Assembly: GCA_043228905.1 (NCBI GenBank)
Contig: JBHGNT010000012.1
Location: 13,826,001 to 13,890,000 of the forward strand
Source: Azolla caroliniana
Lineage: Eukaryota; Plantae; Polypodiophyta
Reading direction: 5' to 3'
Length of the DNA: 64,000 nucleotides
Part shown: positions 58,570-64,000 of the stretch, in pieces
Numbering within the stretch: the stretch's first letter is position 1
Layout: each line of letters starts with the position of its first letter
The notes under the pieces: model-generated
What the model was told of the DNA's origin: nothing
Seen by the model: the letters and a program-made list of their open reading frames with translations, nothing else
Database searches by the model: none
Program-made: the position numbers and the translations under genes

Positions 58570-61369
58570 ATGTCATCCGCTCAAGTGGAAGGAACTCAAG
58601 GGAATCCTCCAAGACAAATGTCCATTGAGATGTATTTTTCGCAAACAACCTAATACCTTAGTTTCACCGCTCAACAGATGACCGAACTTCGGCAATCTCA
58701 AAGTTCTCTCAAGGCACGTGTCATTAGTCTACAACGTGAGACTAATCGACCATCGTATAGATATTGTACCTAGTGTTGCACCAATAAGTATACCTCCTTA
58801 TCGCTTAAGTCGATCCGAAGAGGATGAGGTAGCTAAGCAACTCAAGGACTATTTACGAATGGGTTATATACGTTATAGCAAATCTCCATGGGGGCCACCA
58901 GTTTTCTTGGTTAAAAAGAAAGGGGGCACATGGCGTATGTGTATTAATTACCGACGCTTGAATAAAGTGACGATCAAGAATTCGTATCTATTGCCCCAGG
59001 CTGACGATCTAATTGACCATCTCCAGGGAGCTCGGTATTTTACGAAACTTGATCTCCGTACTGGCTACCATCAAATTCTTATAAGTGAACACGATGTTCC
59101 TGAAACGGCATTTCGTACGCGCTATGGCCATGATGAGTTTTTGGTTATGCCTTTTGGTTTGACCAATGCTCCGGCTACATTTCAACAAGAAATGAATGAC
59201 ATTTTCCGAGAACAAATTGGAAAATTTGTTGTTATTTTCTTGGATGATATTTTAGTTTATAGCCATACATTACAAGAACATGTTAAACATGTCCGCTTTG
59301 TTTTACAAACATTGCATGACAAACAATTTTATGCAAAGATCTCAAAATGTGAGTTCTTCAAGAAATCAATTACTTATCTTGGACATCTCATAACCGAACG
59401 AGGAGTTGAAATTGATCCCTCTTGCATCGAGAAAATCAAGCTTTGGCCCACTCTTCGGAATATTCGAGAAGTTCGATCATTCCTTGGTTTTGTCGGGTTT
59501 TTGCGAAAATCCCTTCGTAATTACTCCCAATTGACGACGTTGTTTACTAATCTTCTAAAAGGTCAAACACGTAAGTCTACAAAACTTACTGTGTGGAATG
59601 CTACACTAGACCTCGTCGTTCAAGAAAAGGAATTATTTGCAATTATACATGCGCTCAAAAATGGTGCCATTATTTTGATGGATATCGCTTTGTGGTAACT
59701 ACGGACCACGAGCCCTTGAAATATTTTTGTGACCAACAAGACCTGAAAGGTCGTAAGGCACGATGGGCTGATCTCATCTAGGACTTTAATTTTTCCATAC
59801 AATATCATAAAGATTCCATGAATACTGTCGTTGATGCACTAAGGTGCATCCGTGAAGTTAACATGCTTAGCTTCACTGAAATAACATCAGATCTTTATGA
59901 TCACCTTCGAGGAAAGTATCCTGATGACAATTATTTTGCAAAATACTGGGCAAGAGTTGAGTCTGGAATAGATAGCACCACATCCTTGAAGGAATACTTC
60001 CACATTGCTAACGACATGCTCTACCGTAATGGGAAGGTTTGTGTTCCAGATGTACCCGAGGTCAAAAAGAGGATTCTTTTTGAATGCCATGATACACCCT
60101 CAGTAAGGCACCCTGGAATACATCGTACACTCGTTCTCATCTCCACTCAATTTTATTGGCCTAAGATGCGCCCTAACATACATAGCCGAGCGACTTAAAG
60201 CCGAGCAACTTAAAGCCGAGCAACTTAAAGTCGTAGGACTTTTACATCCCTTCGACATTCCCAATAATAAGTGGGAAAGTATATCCATGGATTTTATTGT
60301 TAGCCTTCCTCGCACCCAAAAAGGCCATGATGCCATCTGGGTTGTGGTTGATCGACTAACTAAAATGGCCAGATTTATCGCTACTAAAACCAGAGTAACA
60401 GCTCATAAATTGGCTTACCAATTCGTTGACAAGTTATTTCGTTTTTATGGGTTACCGATGGATATCGTGAGTGATTGAGATCCAAAATTTACTAGTGACT
60501 TCTGGACGCAAGTCTTTAAGAAGTTAGAAAGTACGTTGAGAATGAGCTCCACGGATCATCCTCAATCCAATGGACAAACAGAACGAGTAAATCAAATTAT
60601 TGAGTACATGCTTCGAGCATATGTTGGTGCAAAACCAACAAAATGGGAACGTTATCTCCCAATTTTGGAGTTTGCTTATAACAGCTCCAAGCATACGTCA
60701 ACGGGATATAGTCCTTTTATGTTGATGTATGGTTTTCAGCCACGAGCCCCGATTGATATTAATATACATCATGATGAGTTGCGAAGTACGCAAAACTTTC
60801 TTCGGAATATGCAAGATATGTGGCATATTGCACGAGATAATATAAAAACAACTCAAGATAGAGCCCGTTTTTATGCCAATCATCATAGGCAACCTCGTGT
60901 ATTCAACCTTGGACATAAGGTATTTTTACGTGTACCTCACAATTCTAAGACATTGTCTACGGATAAGTGCGCTAAGTTAGTCCCACGGTTTTGTGGACCT
61001 TTTATAGTCCTCAAATGCATTGGGTCATCAGCCTATCGTCTCGCTCTTCCTGATGGTGTTGGAATTCATCCAGTCTTTCATGTGAGTCGTCTAAAAGAAC
61101 TTCTACGTTCTGGCGACAATACAGTTACAACTGAAACTCTGGTTACTTCTGAAGAATTATCTTCTAAACCACATGTATCAGAAAGAATTCTCGATGTTAA
61201 AACAAAAAAATTACGTACTAAAGAAATCCGAGAATTTAAAATAAAATGGATGGATAAATCAATAAAAGATGCCACATGGGAACGCGAAAATACTCTTAGA
61301 ACTAACTTCCCTAACTTTCCATTGCAAGAGTGCAATGTTTTAAAGAGGGGGAGTATGTTACGGGCATGA
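58570..61369 (+). pseudogene. pol: G gag start fused to RT, partial RNase H, integrase and chromodomain
   Basis: [31 protein letters not shown] and ERILDVK...ATWE. Confidence 0.92.
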
Positions 61370-61811
61370 CCATATAATATCTTGTGGTGAGAATTTACCG
61401 TAGTATTCTATACACGTGGATAAGTGTGAGGGTTAATTGAGAGTGTAAAGAAGGGGAGGATTACTTTTAATCCTTGGGATTGAGACAACCCATTAGGCCA
61501 AGTGTGAACATGGCTGGGGACCTTGGGTATCGCTATAAATAAAAGACCTAGCTACCCTCATTTCATTATCTGGTTGACTACGTCGAGACTCTATCTTGTG
61601 GTGGGTCAACTCTTGTAACGAGCGCGCCAGCACCAGGTACGACTCGACGCCACGGCGGTGGTATGGGACACTGATCGAGGCTCGAGTCCGTCTCAATCCC
61701 TTCCCTCGGGGATGGTCGGGTGGATCGGCACCCTTCTTTCTCTCTCTCCTTTCTTTCTATCTACCTAGATCTATCCTTATCTAATGCTTACTTTAGTACA
61801 TGTCTCTAATA
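61356..61811 (+). repeat. G 3' LTR (456 bp, TG...TA)
   Basis: Follows PPT AAGAGGGGGAGTA and ends TCTCTAATA flush with the TSD. Confidence 0.93.
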
Positions 61812-61816
61812 GTCCC

Positions 61817-64000
61817 CAATACGACTTTATTCGAAACTCGTTGACCTTTTGAAGCACAACTTCCCCTGCAAGGGTGCCCAATTCGAATGTCCCATTCTCG
61901 GCTCCTATTATCCAGTATGACCCTGTCCATCAGAAATGCAACTTTCTCAGCATCTGGACCATGCGTGTTTGGAATAATAGGATTGCTTTTCCAATCTTAA
62001 ATTGCTTCTCATTGGTGCCGCGGTGCCAGTCGATGAATGCCTTCCGCCGCCGCTGCTTGTGCTCCAGAATCGCTAATTCGAGTAGTTGTTCCAAACGGAT
62101 TTGCAAGGAGTGTCTCTTAGGCAAGTGTAAACTTGGTAGCTGAAATTCTACTAACATTACGGCTTCTAGTCCGAACGCTAGTCGGAATGGCGTTGATTGC
62201 ATGCTAGTTTTGAAGCTGGTGCGGTATGCCCATAAGGCGCTATGCAACTTCGTATCCTAATCCGTGTGGTTGTCGTTGACAATCTTTTTCAAGGCATTTT
62301 GGAGTGTTTTATTCGTCGATTCCGCGAGTCCATTGGCCTGTGGTTAATACAACGTGCTTTCCTTATGAACCATAGTGTATTGTTCGGTGAGATCATGTAT
62401 GACCGTATTCAGAAATGGCTTCCTTGATCACTGATGAGTTCGATACGGCAACCAAAACGGCACCAAATATGCTCATACAAGAATTTGACCGTGTAGCATG
62501 CGGTGTTGTCGCGCAATGCTTTTGCCTCCACCCATTTCATACAATAATCCGTGGCCACTAGGATATATTTGTTTCCCAAAAGAGCCGCGACTGGAGTAAA
62601 GGGTCCGACAAAATCGAGCCCCATTTCTGGAAAGGCTCGAGTGGAAGCACCGGCTAATGGGGCATCCGTGCTAGCTTTGTAGGTTGGCCCATTCGCTGGC
62701 AAAGGTCGCATTCTTTATAGTATGCGTACACATCCCTTTCCATTGTTGGCCACCATAGACTTGCTTGCCATACTTTTTGGGACGTTATATCCCCCGCGTA
62801 GTGGCCTCTTGCTGTCCCGCAATGAGCCTCTCGTAATACTGTGTCCTTCTCGTCCTGTCGCACGCCCTGTCGCTAGATGTCGTCGTTTCCCTTATGGTAT
62901 AATATTCCTTCTACTAGGCAAAAGTTTCAGCTCCTACCCGCGAGTCATTTCTTTTCATCTATTCTTAGTTGTGGTGGTGGTAGTCCCCTTCATAAGAAGT
63001 ATGTCATTTCCATCAGCCATCTATCCGGGTAGTGCTTGCCATCTTTTGCCCTGGCTGTCCTAATACGTAGGATTTCGGCGTCTGGAAAATCATCGTGTCA
63101 TGTTACCGCATCGTTGCCATTGTCGAGCCGGCTTAGATAATCCGGTACCGCATGCCGTGTCCTTGGCCGATGCTAGATCTGGAATTCGAATTCTTGTAAA
63201 AGCAACATCCATCGGGCTAATTTCCCGGTTATTGATTGTTTTGTGACTAGGTACAGTAATGCGGTGTGATCCACGTGAAAAGTATTGACACTGTAGATCA
63301 TTCCGAAAGCTTCGTGCTCGGTTGTCAAGTAGTTCCATTCGGCGTCTAACAATTTGTGAGTGGAATAGTATACCGGTCGATACCAACTGGGCTCAGTGAG
63401 CGGCATAAGTGTGCTACCGATGGCTACGTCGGAGGCATCGACAAATACGTGGAATAGTTTTGACAATCTGGAGGTTTTGCTATAGGTGCTTGTGTAAGCA
63501 TCACTTTTAGTGCTTCGTACACCTTATCTTATGTTGTGGTCCATCTAAATGGTGTGCGGTGTACCGCGGCGTGTAACGGTGTTGCGAAATCCACAAGATA
63601 ACGGAGCATACGGTTGTGCCAATGAATTTGTCCCAAAAAATGGCTAAGGGCCTTTGCATTGCTAGGTGTCTTTTCCTTGACTATGGCTCTGATTTTACCG
63701 GGATCCACTGCAATACCGTCTTTGCTCACTATGTGGCCGAGAAGGGCTTTGCTGGTAACTTCGAACGCGCATTTGGACGGATTGAGGCTAAGTCGCGAAG
63801 TACAACATTGTTCTAAACATAACCTTAGATGGCTTAAATGATCCACTCGCATCCCACAGACCACAAAGTCAGTGAGGAAAACTTGCATGAACGTTGGAAT
63901 GAAGTCGCCAAAAATCTCGATAATGATGTGTTGGAACGTTGCCAGAGCGGTCTTTAATCCGAACATCATTACCATAGCCACAAACGTGCCCCATTTGGTT
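61817..64000 (-). pseudogene. pol: J RT (partial), RNase H and integrase, degenerate
   Basis: MMFGLKTA, FVDASDVAIG, HCGTARGH..CDLC, GLDFVGP and SDQGSHF. Confidence 0.92.

Larger units (their letters stand above)
57047..61811 (+). mobile_element. Chromovirus G (F family), multiply deleted; TSD GTCCC
   Basis: Truncated 5' LTR 57047-~57266 and 3' LTR 61356-61811. GTCCC at 57042-57046 and 61812-61816. The internal sequence is collinear with F. Confidence 0.93.
44238..64000 (-). mobile_element. Non-chromoviral Gypsy J (relative of D), running out of the window; hosts I and G
   Basis: 3' LTR 44238-44712 (TGTTATCC...GGACAACA). Extra-ORF pieces at 44765-45040 and 55953-56860. The integrase tail rejoins across G (KVNEFRIKSYWG|PTPPNPF). 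pol at 61817-64000 is homologous to D. Confidence 0.8.

Noticed and set aside
35110-61811. F and G as a large inverted segmental duplication
   Set aside because: Each has its own TSD (TTTTC, GTCCC) in a different host, so they are independent insertions.

Overview
The window holds no recognisable host gene, structural RNA gene or CRISPR array. It is one nested stack of LTR retrotransposons from a eukaryotic genome. The Tcn1/Tf1-like chromoviruses and tRNA-iMet-primed copia elements suggest a seedless plant such as a bryophyte, but that is inference. I resolved about 16 insertions, most with target-site duplications (TSDs) whose removal restores the interrupted reading frame. Nesting order: copia Z (1055-3307) > chromovirus F' (3308-) > copia O (4347-) > copia A (4822-43888) and Gypsy J (44238 to beyond 64000). 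A contains chromovirus B (7325-16899, holding C 8222-14061), Gypsy D (17621-34271, holding E 20867-27492), chromovirus F (35110-42008) and a solo LTR (42121-42873). J contains copia I (45041-55947, holding copia H 45292-50656 and solo LTR K 54667-55337) and chromovirus G (57047-61811). Only H has an intact polyprotein. The most notable signals are: (i) B and C LTRs carry an outward-facing tRNA-like A-box/B-box module, heat-shock element arrays, a Tf1-type self-priming PBS and a -1 frameshift cassette; (ii) a fungal-like Gypsy lineage makes 4-bp, CG-centred TSDs; (iii) D and J carry an extra 3' ORF with a conserved unnamed domain, and a conserved non-purine motif where the PPT should be; (iv) F and G have TG...TA termini. 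Element letters are my own labels.
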